Assembly (NCBI GenBank): GCA_907165135.1 | Contig: OU015567.1 | Span: forward strand, 9,672,001-9,736,000 | Source of the DNA: Oikopleura dioica | Lineage: Eukaryota; Animalia; Chordata | Direction of reading: 5' to 3' | DNA length: 64,000 bases | Shown here: positions 37,601 through 48,572 of the stretch, in pieces | Position numbering within the stretch: position 1 is the stretch's first letter | Layout of the letters: each line of letters opens with the position of its first letter | Notes under the pieces: model-generated | Seen by the model: only the letters and a program-made list of their open reading frames with translations | Database searches by the model: none | Told to the model about the DNA's origin: nothing | Position numbers and translations under genes: made by a program

Positions 37601-38043
37601 GATATCTATTTTCTCTTTACTGATGTAAACACAAGATTACGCCAGTACTGAAGATGACCTGAAATAATATCGAAAATGTTCTACTAACAAACTAGTGAAT
37701 AATATAAACTTTACATGGTAGACTAAAGAACCTCTCTTACATTTTATGAATTCGGCATTTAAAAATGACCTTTGGGACTTGTTCATCTTGGTCAATTCAT
37801 GAGTAAATCATCAGATATGACTGCTTTAGAGAATCTTAAAAACGCGTTCAGATGTCATCCGTTCTCTCGTTCTTGACACAAGCAAGAGGGACGCGTGTAT
37901 AAATGAATTTCTTTCTGAAATGGACGAACTTGGTCAGGTGCTGATTCAAAACACATTGTGTGATGTGGACTCCCGTGCAAGATCAACTTCTATTTTGAAA
38001 CTTTTTATAAGATGAAAAGAAAAATAGCGAGAATACTTTAAGA

Positions 38044-39767
38044 ATGTTTACAGATCTATACGAGATTCGCGAGGAGGTCGGGAAGGGCGCATTTTCAGTC
38101 GTGAAAAAATGCGTTTCGCGGAAAACGAAGCAAGAATTCGCCGTCAAAATCATCACAACGAGCAAGCTGACGAAACGCGACTTTGAAAAACTCGAAAGAG
38201 AGGCGCGCGTCTGCCAAAAATTACGCCATAAGAACATTGTCCGTCTCCATGAAACCTTTGATCAAGGAGGATAGTGAGTAACATATCAAACGTATTGGTT
38301 TTTAACGATTATTTTAGTCACTACATGCTCTTTGATTTGATTACCGGTGGCGAGTTGTTTGAAGATATCGTGACGAGAGAGTACTACTCCGAACGCGAAG
38401 CTTCGAGATGTATTCAACAGATTCTCGAAGCCGTCTCTTTCTGCCACAAAAATGATGTTGTTCACAGAGGTACTGCTTGATAAAAGACGCCCTATCTTAC
38501 ACAAGCGTAGATTTGAAACCTGAAAACCTCCTTCTTGATTCAAAGCGGCCAAACGCAGCAATCAAACTCGCAGATTTCGGCCTCGCCATCGAGTGCCAAG
38601 GAAACAAACCTGATCATTTCGGTTTTGCTGGAACACCCGGTTATCTCTCCCCAGAAGTCATTAAAAAGGAAAAATACAACAAACCCGTGGATATGTGGGC
38701 CGTCGGCGTCATTCTTTATATCTTGCTCGTTGGTTATCCTCCCTTCTGGTAGTTTTTCGTGCTCTTTCTATAGAATCATTCTCTTTTTAGGGAAGAAGAT
38801 GCGAAAGCTATGTATGAAATTATCAGGGAAGGCAAATACAGCTATCCATCACCCGAATGGGACACAGGTTTGAAATCCCTGTATTCCTCCTTCGAATCTA
38901 TCGTGTCTTTCTAGTATCAAGAGATGCGAAACAGTTGATTGATAGCATGCTCCGAGTAGACCCAAACAAACGAATCACTGCTGTTGAAGCACTTAGGCAC
39001 CCGTGGATTTGCAATCGCGAAAAAGTTGCTAACGCTGTTCATCGTCAGGTAATCAAGTCGATCAAATTCAAGCTCTACATCTTTTCAAGGAAACCGTCGA
39101 CTGCATCAGAAAGTTCAACGCTCGGCGAAAGATGAGAGCTGCCGTTACCGCAGTGAAATTGACGAACATCTTCGGCAGAGATTCTGAATCGACGAAAAAG
39201 TCGAACGACTCCAACTCGCAAAATCAAGAATCAAGCTCTGAAGAAGTCAAGCTGGAGATCAAATCGGACGCGAAATCTGAAGGCGAGAGCGACGCTGAGG
39301 ATGAAAAGCTTCTGAAACGCGAAGTTCAACGGGTAGATTTTGAAATATTGACTTGATTCTTCACGTATATTTAGGCGTTTGACTCGCTTCAAGAAGCAAT
39401 CCAGTCGCGCAACTTCGAAAACTTCAAAAAATATGTTTCGAAGTCGGTGACTTCGTATGACCCGGCGGTTTCTGTCCTGGTCAAAGGCCTCGAATACCAC
39501 AAGTTCAACTTATCAGAAGGATCTAGTAAATCTCGCACAACAATAACGAACCAACAAGTCAAGATGCTGTCGAAAACAAGCGCTATCACTACTTGTGTCG
39601 TTCTCCAGCAGCGGCTTCGCGATGGAAATCCGGTAAGAGACCCGAAGCTGAAACTAACAAGGACTAAAATGTAATTACGTTTTCAGGAGACTCAACAATT
39701 CTGCGAGACACGCACCTGGACAAAAACCGGCAGTGCTTGGAAGAATTGCCACATTCATCGAAGCTAG
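38044..39767 (+). CDS. CAMK2: Calcium/calmodulin-dependent protein kinase II, 8 exons
   Basis: [34 protein letters not shown] (T286 site), linker and hub domain (VTSYDP...WKNCHIHRS). All introns GT-AG. Confidence 0.95.
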
Positions 39768-40377
39768 AATGGTGCTACTTATTTATAGACATGCTCAAGC
39801 AACTTTCCCGCGAAGCATGTCCAGACAAACTCATCAGAATAATGAGAATATTTTTGCCGAACTGCCATTTGATTATTTTTATATTTTATCATTCAACGCG
39901 AACGTTTTCGCCTCGTCTAACAAAGTACTATCAAAATATGCTTGATGAAATGAGTTTTGATAACGCCATCTTGTATAAAAAGAAAAAAATAGTTGCAAAA
40001 AACTTGTGTTTTACTGTTCTTGTAAGCCTGTTGTCTCCCCACTCGCGAAATTTCGAAGTACAGATTCTTCCATATCATTTAAAAATAACTTTTATTTCAA
40101 CCAACTTTTCCTGTACAAAAAGAAAACAAAAACTAAATCTTCAATGCAAAAAATATCTTCATTCCAAAAACAATTAAACTTGTTCGAATTGAATTTTATT
40201 AAACTACAGTACTCGCTCATTTTTTCTCGAAATTCTGTCTAATTTTCAAGCATCCGAAAGAAACAAAATCCAGTTAGAGAGCCTGTCATTTAGTCAAATG
40301 TCGCCGGTAATAGTTTAAGTCATTTTATTGCCAAGTTTTCTGTAGAGCCGGTAGTATTTCAGGCCCAAAAGAAATCT

Positions 40378-40952
40378 AGATGAATTACCATAAGAATTTT
40401 TCGGGCAAAAATTTTTTTGAGATATTGGTATATTCTGAAAGCCCGTGAAAAATTATACAGAATCACCAAATTCTAGGGTCAGATGACGTCATTATGACGT
40501 CATCGGGCTGATTTGAAAATGTTGTCTTTGGAACGCTTTTTCGAGCCGAAAACGTTTTTTAATTTTATTTTTCTCGACGGATTCGAATTTTCCATAAAAA
40601 ACTACGTAGGGACCCGGGATCAAACCATTGAATATCACCCATTACCGACCGGTTCAATTTTTGAAACCGGTCGGTTCGAAAAATAAACCTCGGGTCCCTA
40701 CGTAGTTTTTGATGGCGAACAACATGCCATCAATAAAAAAATCTATTTCCAGCAAAAACCGCCTCAAAAAGTGTTCCAAAGTTTCATCAATTTGGAGCCT
40801 TTTCGGACATTTATTAATCATAAATGACGTCATAATGACGTCATTGAGCGCTAGAAATTTGGAAATCGACTAATTTTGACTTGGGCTTTCAGAATATGTT
40901 CTTATCTGAAAAAAATTTTTTTTGGCCAAAAAATTCTTATGGTAATTCATCT
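40378..40952. mobile_element. Foldback-type MITE (575 bp) with long imperfect TIRs
   Basis: Terminal 24 nt AGATGAATTACCATAAGAATTTTT are a perfect inverted repeat, with imperfect similarity for about 130 nt. Inner 20-bp perfect inverted repeat at 40597-40616 and 40691-40710. No clear TSD. Confidence 0.85.
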
Positions 40953-41414
40953 CTAAAGCATTTGCTTGAATTCGTAGAGAAAATATATTTGTCAAGTTAG
41001 TCACTTACGTACGAATCCTTTTAACGGTCTTTTTATGACCCTGAGGGGTTGATAAAAAGCCTTTCTTTTTGTAAATGAATCTTTCAGGATCGTAAAAGGG
41101 CCAGAAAGTCCAAATTATAGAGCTACTCACTTACCTACTTGTATAATTCCTCCAGTCAAAGTTTTGACAAAAATAAAAGTTCATTTTCCCACTATGTTTC
41201 ATCTCGCTCTCAATTCTCTCAAAAATAAAATCATCAAAATAGAAACAAGCTCTTCTTTCGTTATTTTTCAGGCGAAAGATCCGTTTTCGAATGAAAGACT
41301 TGCAAAGAAAGAACTATTTACTGAACCTGAAGCTCGAACTTCTGAAAATTCAACTGCGAACTTCTTCCTAAACAAAGTGGAGAATGGATTATTTTAGACG
41401 AGAAAGAGCGTCGA

Positions 41415-42135
41415 ATGGGCCGGTCAAGATCACCTTCCAGAGAAAGACGAAGGTTTTTAGCTTTAATTTTTAAACATTTCAAGTGATTTTTAAACTAGTC
41501 GATCGAAGAGCGGAGGTCGACGATCACGCTCGCTGGAAAGAAATCATCGAGGGCGATCATCACGCTCATCCTCTCCGAAGACTAATACTGTCGCCGTTTT
41601 CAACTTAAGTTACAGATCAGATGAGCGAGAAATTGAGAGGATTTTCGAACGATACGGGCCAATCAAGGTAACTTTATTTTCTTAGATCTTAATTTTAATT
41701 TAGCTTTTAGAAATGTAATGTCGTTGGCGGGCGAAACTCGCACCGAAGTAGCTCGAGCACGGGATTTGCTTTCATAACGTTTGAAAGAATGGACGACTGC
41801 AAAGAAGCGAAAGAAGATGCTCATGGAATGGAGATTGATGGGAACATGTAGGGATTATTTGATTGAACTGAAGATTAATGATGATTAGAATTCGAACTGA
41901 TTACTGTATTTCGGACGGACAGAGAAGGAAAAGACGGGATTTCTACGTTTCTCCTGACAGAGCTTATCGAAGGCGCAGGAGGTAAGACCAATTCGAGCAG
42001 TGAAATATGTAAATTTGAATTCCCAGTCGAAGCTACGAGCGAAGCTATCGAAGAAGCCATCGATCACGAAGCAGAGAAGATCGCCGCCGCCGCTCGCCTT
42101 CTCCCTATAGCCGCCGCCGACGATCGCGATCCTAG
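41415..42135 (+). CDS. TRA2: Transformer-2-like SR splicing factor (RS-RRM-RS)
   Basis: Spliced MGRSRSPSRERR...VAVFNLSYRSDEREIERIFERYGPI...TGFAFITFERMDDCKEAKEDAHGMEIDG.IRTDYCIS...RRRSPSPYSRRRRSRS. Confidence 0.8.
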
Positions 42136-43087
42136 AACTTAGAAATTATTCGAAGAAAATCTCCTCCACGCCATTAGAGAAAAAAAACAGTTTTTGTAGA
42201 TAAGCGCATTTACTTCATTTATTACTTGGCTTAATTTAGAAAAAAGAGCTTCGAAATATATTTAGGCCAGAACTTCTGCTAGTTTTTGACTGAAATTGAG
42301 CTGAAAGCTGCCTCTTGATCTTGCAGTAAAAATAAAAGAAAATATGAAATCAGATCTGCGATGTTTAGGCGTCCCTGACTCCAAGGGGCGCTTGAATGAG
42401 AATATTGTTGTCATAGAGCAGGAGTTGTAGTCTTCAATTATGAAGATCTAATCAAATACTTGACTATAATTTGTAATAGTTGTGAGCGTAATTTGAAAGC
42501 TATTTGTATTCATTTATTAATCTATAATCAGATAGAATATTATTTGAGATAATTGATCCGGCTGATCTGGATCGGCTGAACTTCCATCGGAAAGCGCAGA
42601 TTTCTTTGATTTCTATTAGAATTTCAAGTTTAGATACTTCTGAAGTAGAAGACAAGCCTAGAAAAGCTGCCGAACCCGAGAAAATCAAAAAGGAAAAAGG
42701 CCCTAAATCCGACGAGCCCGAAAAGGCCGCCAAAAAATGAGAAAAAAGAAAAGCAAAAAAGGAGACAAAAGCGTATAATTTTGTCTGACAATCTATGGGT
42801 CTAATGTCATTCGAAAAATGAAACAAGTTTCTGGACTTCAAATAAAATGCGTACAGCTCATATAAAACATGATCTTTCTTAATCATTATTTGATGCGTAG
42901 CATGATCACCTCCATTATAGAAACATAGAAATGAATCGTTAAAATTCACATATGAAAAAAGGCGCCACATTAATTAGTCGCAGAGGATGTGAAGCACCCT
43001 CTTACGGGGGGTAAGAACATAAATACGAACCTTTCGTCTACCAAAATCATTACAAGCTAACAATCGACTGAAACAAGAACATCAAAA

Positions 43088-43285
43088 ATGCTCATGGAAG
43101 CCCAAAACATCCAGCTCTTTCAGCTCAAATCCGAAGAAGACTGCCTCGACATGCTCAAAATCATGCTCAGACGTACTCGTGCTGAATTTGACAGCAATGA
43201 CGAAGCAGACATTGTAACTGCTGCATGCCAGTACATCAGAAAACTTGAAGTCGCTATTGCTTCTTTAGGAATGCAGTCCTTCTGA
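43088..43285 (+). CDS. 65-aa helix-loop-helix protein without a basic region (Id/emc-like)
   Basis: DCLDMLKIML...ADIVTAACQYIRKLEVAI aligns with the Id HLH (DCYSKLKELV...VEILQHVIDYIRDLQLEL). Codon usage resembles the well-expressed genes in this window. Confidence 0.55.
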   Translation: MLMEAQNIQLFQLKSEEDCLDMLKIMLRRTRAEFDSNDEADIVTAACQYIRKLEVAIASLGMQSF

Positions 43286-43640
43286 AAATTTTTCCAGCTT
43301 TACTTTCTCTTATGATAAAAAAGGAGATTACTCCTCTTGATCCTTTTAAAAACAAATGAATTTCATTTACTCTGTTCAACTATCAGTTATTTACTAAATA
43401 AAAAATATTGTTTCGAAAGCAAGATCAAAAAATTATATTCTTTTAATTGAACTTTCCCCACTTGGAACCGGCCATTCGTCTGTGTTTTCATTCATTAACA
43501 TTTGAACAAAGGAAAACAGGGCATTGTAAATCTGTATCAGAAGTCATTAAGCAATTGAAGGAGTTTGATTTGCGATTGCTGAGCAACGTCGCGCCTGTAT
43601 TTGACTTAGCTGCCATTTACGCTTTTATCAGAACTCTCAA

Positions 43641-44002
43641 ATGAGCTCCGAGGGTTTCAAGTTGTTTCTCAAGAGTATTCCAAACAATGTTCCGGTGAGA
43701 GAAATACTTCTAACAAGTTGATAAGAAAGCATTTTGTTTCGTAGAAATCAAATCACAGTGAACGCGTTTATGCGATGAGAAAGTACACCTCCCTGTTTAA
43801 TCTTCACTGGAGAGACTTTCGTCGAGGCAGAAAACAGTTCCGTGCTAGAATGATGGAAAGATTCGGCGAAAAATGGACGGAAGAATACATGGAGCTAACT
43901 AAAGAGTCCAGCCCGCCGAAGATCACTTCTTTTTCGAAAGCGATGGACGAGGAATTAGAAGCTGAAGAAGAATTGGAGAGACAAAAAGAAAACTCGATTT
44001 AA
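43641..44002 (+). CDS. Small uncharacterised protein, 2 exons
   Basis: MSSEGFKLFLKSIPNNVP joins by a GT-AG intron in frame to ORF 43775-44002 (basic then acidic). Confidence 0.45.
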
Positions 44003-44169
44003 AAGTCTTATTCCCGCTGTAATAAAAGAAAATACTGGCACTCCACTCAAGCTATTAAAGAAGTGAAGTCTTTTCAAGCGAACTCGATTTTTATAACTTT
44101 TAATTCATTATCAAAGGAGAATCCTTCCTTTTTTGAGGTTATATAAGTTCAAAGATAGATTTCTAGAGC

Positions 44170-45031
44170 TTTATATTTGCTAGGAACTCGATGCATGGCT
44201 TTTACAGTTCAATGGCGCGAATTTACAAGTCGAAATGGGTTTGTTGAAGAAATTAAAGTATTGCTGCTTTGGGCATGGTTTCAGTCGTCAAAATTCGTTC
44301 ATTATTATCTGACGATTTGAAAGCATAAAAGACCAACGAAGAACTTTAAAATGAGAAGCGATGAAATCAACGACAAGTTTCGAATTGAAGATCAGCTTGA
44401 AGAAAAGACACAAGAAAGCGTTTTTTGCAGCAAATGTAGACTTTAGCGGGAGACAACTTTGAACGTTATAAAGAGGATGATCTTGGGATGCAAGGATTTT
44501 TCTTTGATGAAGAAGATACAATTCAAGAAGATATAATGGAAGATTCAGCTTTTGAGCGTCAAATGGCTTTGAGGGAATTTTCGAAAGAGATCGAAAAAAC
44601 GGACGAGTTTCTTAAAAGATCATCAGGTAAAAATAATAAAATGATTTATAATTGACGGTTCATTTAAGTTCATACAATTATTTCAAGTACTTCGCGATCC
44701 ATAAAATCATCTCCAAATGGGAGTCTATTCGAGCTTTCTCGCCCCAGGAAGGTTGAACTTTGATTGTAATTTGGAAACAACAAAATCAGCAAGAACAGTC
44801 ATTGCAATTCTCGAAAAAGCATGCTGATAAATGATGTGCTAGCAGACATCGTAAAAACACGAAGAAACGATGAGAATAAAAGACGAAAAACGACAAAGCG
44901 AATGTCAGTCATGTCTCAAAGCCGGTAAGTTGTAACAATTCTAAATGTGTGTAAATCATATTTTAGTCTATCGACAAACTTCAAAGGTTCGATGGCCGAA
45001 TTTAACTTGCAGCTGGACTAGTCAAACCAAC
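44170..45031 (+). CDS. Uncharacterised acidic multi-exon gene (tentative)
   Basis: Open segments such as GDNFERYKEDDLGMQGFFFDEEDTIQED...EFLKRSS are flanked by GT/AG sites. Start not resolved. Confidence 0.3.
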
Positions 45032-45062
45032 TTGTAAAAACTAACTTGCTTTTATTATTTAG

Positions 45063-45524
45063 TGTACGTGTTTCTCAATGTACATAAGTTGGGTTTGGAA
45101 ATGTAGTTTATTGTTATCGCGAGCAGGATAAAAATAGTGAACGTTGTTTTGTAAAAAGTGAGCAATTTTACATTGTGAGCTGATTTTCAAATGAGTGTCG
45201 AGTTGCGAAGCAGAGCGACTTATATACTATTTCTGTGCGTACGGACAGAGCTTGGTCCGCGCGGAAGTGTAACAGTTGCGTAAGAAAGAAAGAGAGTTCC
45301 GTATGGAGGATGAATAATCACGTGCGTAAAGAAGTTTGTGCACAGGGAGAAAGGGGTTTTACGTAGGGAGCAAGCGTTCTTTGTTACGGGCGTAGATAGT
45401 TTTGTCCGCGCGCAGAGAAGTCTCTCCGTGCGCAGGGAAGTCTGTCCGCGCGGAGGGGTTTGTTTGCGCAGGAGTTACTATGAACTCCGTGCGCAGCGCG
45501 TATTGCACATTGAGATCCACTATA
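45063..45524 (-). repeat. 3' LTR
   Basis: Identical by eye to 47597-48058. Minus-strand TATATAA and AATAAA present. Preceded on the minus strand by the PPT AAAAGGGGGAAGAA (45527-45540). Confidence 0.95.
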
Positions 45525-46884
45525 TATTCTTCCCCCTTTTAAAAAAGAGCCTTGTTCATCCAGTTTTCTTCCAAAGTGCAACGGTTTCTCATTTGTCTGA
45601 TCGTTTTTGCTTGTCTTCATGTTTCTTCTAGCAATATGTTCCTGTATCTCTTGCACTTTTGCTTTTTGCCAATCATCTCGTGAGCAGTGCCACAAACAAC
45701 TTCCAAGTGAGCGAGCAGTTATCACTTCTATTTTCATTTTTCCTGTGTTGAGATACCTTATTGTCCATTGTGAGCGAGCAGTTATCACGAGGTATCTTCA
45801 TTATTATTCCATATCATTAGCATGTAGATCGCAAATTTATAGTGATCGAGCAGTTTCACTTCTTTTTTTTTTGTCCATCATTTTTCAACTTTGCGAGCAG
45901 AAAATTGAAAATCTCCAGTGGTCGAGCAGTTTCACTTTTTCCGTACTTGTTCAATTTTGTGAGCATAAAAATTGAAATTCCTTAGTGATCGAGCAGTTTC
46001 ACTCTTCTCTTCCCCTTTAAAAAAAAAAGGCTTTGCATCGTGCCATTGAGCTGGGATGATGCCATTGTAGATCCCTTTACGAATATTGTGTGATTTGGCA
46101 ACTGCACACATTGCCAACATCTGGAGAAGTCCGGCGCAAGGTTAAGACAAGAGGTCCAAGTCGAGGGCGCCATTTACTTGAACATTATCAATGTTATGCG
46201 AGCGAAAATCCACAGCGGCCTGCATTGAACTTTCATGGCGATGGAACGGAGCTTGACTTTTCTTCAAGTGTGCATCATATCGCTAAAGTTGTGAGCATTT
46301 GTTTGAACACGGATTAATCCTTTGAGCAGGGCTTTTATACGTCATAATATTCGACTCTTGAGCATTTTATGAATAGAGCATCTCATGTTACCAAAGTCGT
46401 CTAAAGCGAAGACATCTTCTTCATTTTTAAATTAATTTCCCACTTCCATCGATCAGTTGCCTTCATTGACAACAGGAAGTTAATCCTCAGAGCAGGGATT
46501 GTGAGCATCAGCTGAATATTTCATCGGTCGGAACAGATCGATGCTTTTGAGCTTCTTCATTTTCAAGATACAGCAAGTTAGAGCATAGTTGCTGCAGAAG
46601 TTCTCATTTTTCTTATCAGTATTTTTGTTTAAGCGGGCGGATCTAACTGATATGACGCCGTGATACTTGATATTGACTTCAATCATTAAGAAAATGATTC
46701 CAAATGACCTTTGAGCGAGTCAAATCATCCATAGTTAACGAAGATCTTGAACATCTGAGCGAAATGTTCTTTCTCGTCACTTTTGAGGAGGTGGAAAAAT
46801 TTGTCCGTTGAGCATAATCTTAACACAGTTTGTCCAGGCCGGTCCGAAATGAGTCGATTCGCACGCAAAGATGAATTTTTGGAG

Positions 46885-47532
46885 TTATTCGTCTTCTTCA
46901 TAAAAGGAATTGATCATTTCTTTAAGTTCGGAGCAGATTCGTGCCATTTCAGATTGTTTTGCGCTTTCATAGGATTGAGCTGTGAAAACATTTTCTCTCT
47001 TGTTGAAACTTCTCTCTAGTTCCGTAGCACGTTGAGCAATATTTCGAAGGTTGAGCAGGGACTTCTCTCGTCGGAGCAGTTCAGAGAGTCTTGGTTCTTG
47101 GCATTCAATGAATCGATCACAGATAATTGATTCATCTGCAGCATCAAGTCTCAATTTTCCGTATCCCTTTTTGAAAAAGGCTTGAAGTTTTGTAACTGCC
47201 ATTTGCTGTGTCTCTTGACCTCGCGTAAAGGACGTATACAGGTATTTGTAGTACTCATTGTCCTTACCAAGAACCTGAGAAAGCTTCGTCTTGAATCTAT
47301 TCCAGTCTCGTTTTTCTTCCTCGGTAATGGCTTCAAAGATAGCAAGTCCATTCTCTTCAATCAGGAATTGGGATAAAGCAATACTGATCAGGTCTTCATC
47401 ACAAATCTTTGAGCATTCGCCAAAAAGTTCCAAATTTGAAATAAAGTTTTCAATTGGAAGTCGAGCATCAAATTTCGGGATTTTCATCTTCACTTGTCCA
47501 AGGGATTTCGAGCGTTCATTGGTTTGTTCCAT
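46885..47532 (-). CDS. Retrotransposon Gag capsid-like protein (215 aa)
   Basis: Begins about 65 nt after the 5' LTR. KIPKFDARLPIENFISNLE...DWNRFKTKL...RGQET...LQAFF...RFIE pattern typical of gypsy gag. Confidence 0.75.
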   Translation of the reverse strand: MEQTNERSKSLGQVKMKIPKFDARLPIENFISNLELFGECSKICDEDLISIALSQFLIEENGLAIFEAITEEEKRDWNRFKTKLSQVLGKDNEYYKYLYTSFTRGQETQQMAVTKLQAFFKKGYGKLRLDAADESIICDRFIECQEPRLSELLRREKSLLNLRNIAQRATELERSFNKRENVFTAQSYESAKQSEMARICSELKEMINSFYEEDE

Positions 47533-47584
47533 CTCTAATTTGTTTCTCTGACTGTATATGTTTGGAGGCGTTCCGTTTTATTCA

Positions 47585-47591
47585 GTCACCA
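47585..47591 (-). promoter_or_regulatory. Primer-binding site
   Basis: TGGTGAC 5 nt downstream of the 5' LTR on the minus strand, complementary to a tRNA 3' end GUCACCA. The tRNA identity is not established. Confidence 0.6.
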
Positions 47592-47596
47592 AAATA

Positions 47597-48058
47597 TGTA
47601 CGTGTTTCTCAATGTACATAAGTTGGGTTTGGAAATGTAGTTTATTGTTATCGCGAGCAGGATAAAAATAGTGAACGTTGTTTTGTAAAAAGTGAGCAAT
47701 TTTACATTGTGAGCTGATTTTCAAATGAGTGTCGAGTTGCGAAGCAGAGCGACTTATATACTATTTCTGTGCGTACGGACAGAGCTTGGTCCGCGCGGAA
47801 GTGTAACAGTTGCGTAAGAAAGAAAGAGAGTTCCGTATGGAGGATGAATAATCACGTGCGTAAAGAAGTTTGTGCACAGGGAGAAAGGGGTTTTACGTAG
47901 GGAGCAAGCGTTCTTTGTTACGGGCGTAGATAGTTTTGTCCGCGCGCAGAGAAGTCTCTCCGTGCGCAGGGAAGTCTGTCCGCGCGGAGGGGTTTGTTTG
48001 CGCAGGAGTTACTATGAACTCCGTGCGCAGCGCGTATTGCACATTGAGATCCACTATA
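47597..48058 (-). repeat. 5' LTR
   Basis: 462-bp direct repeat of 45063-45524. Confidence 0.95.
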
Positions 48059-48572
48059 TTAGTATTATATTCTTAATAAATTATCTAATAAAGTAAACAA
48101 TTGTTTTACAGCTCAACTCATTCTTTGATATCTCTTTACAAGCGACACAGATGTAGTTTTTCATCTTTAGAATCGTATTATTAGACTCAAAGGTGTGTTT
48201 TGACTAATCTTCTAAATTCTAGTCATAGATTATGATATGGAAAAATAGACAATACGTTTGAGTTTATTGAGTTCGTTTCTACTAAGGTGTTACTTTCGAC
48301 ATGTCTGTCTGGTGAAACTCAAAGGATTTATAAATTATTCGTTTCTCAAAGGATAAAAAGGAGGTCGTTCTGTTCTAGGTCGATAAATCAGACGATTGCA
48401 CCTGATATAATCAGAGCGTAAAATAAACCACCGTATCTGCCCGTCGCAAGGTGGCCGTGGCGGTATAAATCTGTGAGCGATTTCTGGATAGTCATCAAAC
48501 AATCAGCTTCTCCTCTTTTCTTATAACAAAAAATATTCAAAAGAGAAAGAAAGTACAACAAAAATCAAGAAA

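Larger units (their letters stand above)
45063..48058 (-). mobile_element. Non-autonomous Ty3/gypsy-type LTR retrotransposon (2996 bp), gag only
   Basis: Two 462-bp LTRs, TSD TTAG (45059-45062 and 48059-48062), PBS, PPT and a gag-like ORF. No recognisable protease, RT, RNase H or integrase. Confidence 0.92.

Noticed and set aside
42344-42740. Possible small multi-exon gene ending ...EKIKKEKGPKSDEPEKAAKK*
   Set aside because: It needs very short or non-canonical introns and has no recognisable domain. It may be real but is not supportable from sequence alone.
45707-46002. CRISPR array
   Set aside because: Eukaryotic LTR-element context, short degenerate repeats, variable spacer length and no cas genes. 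Reported instead as a cis-repeat array.
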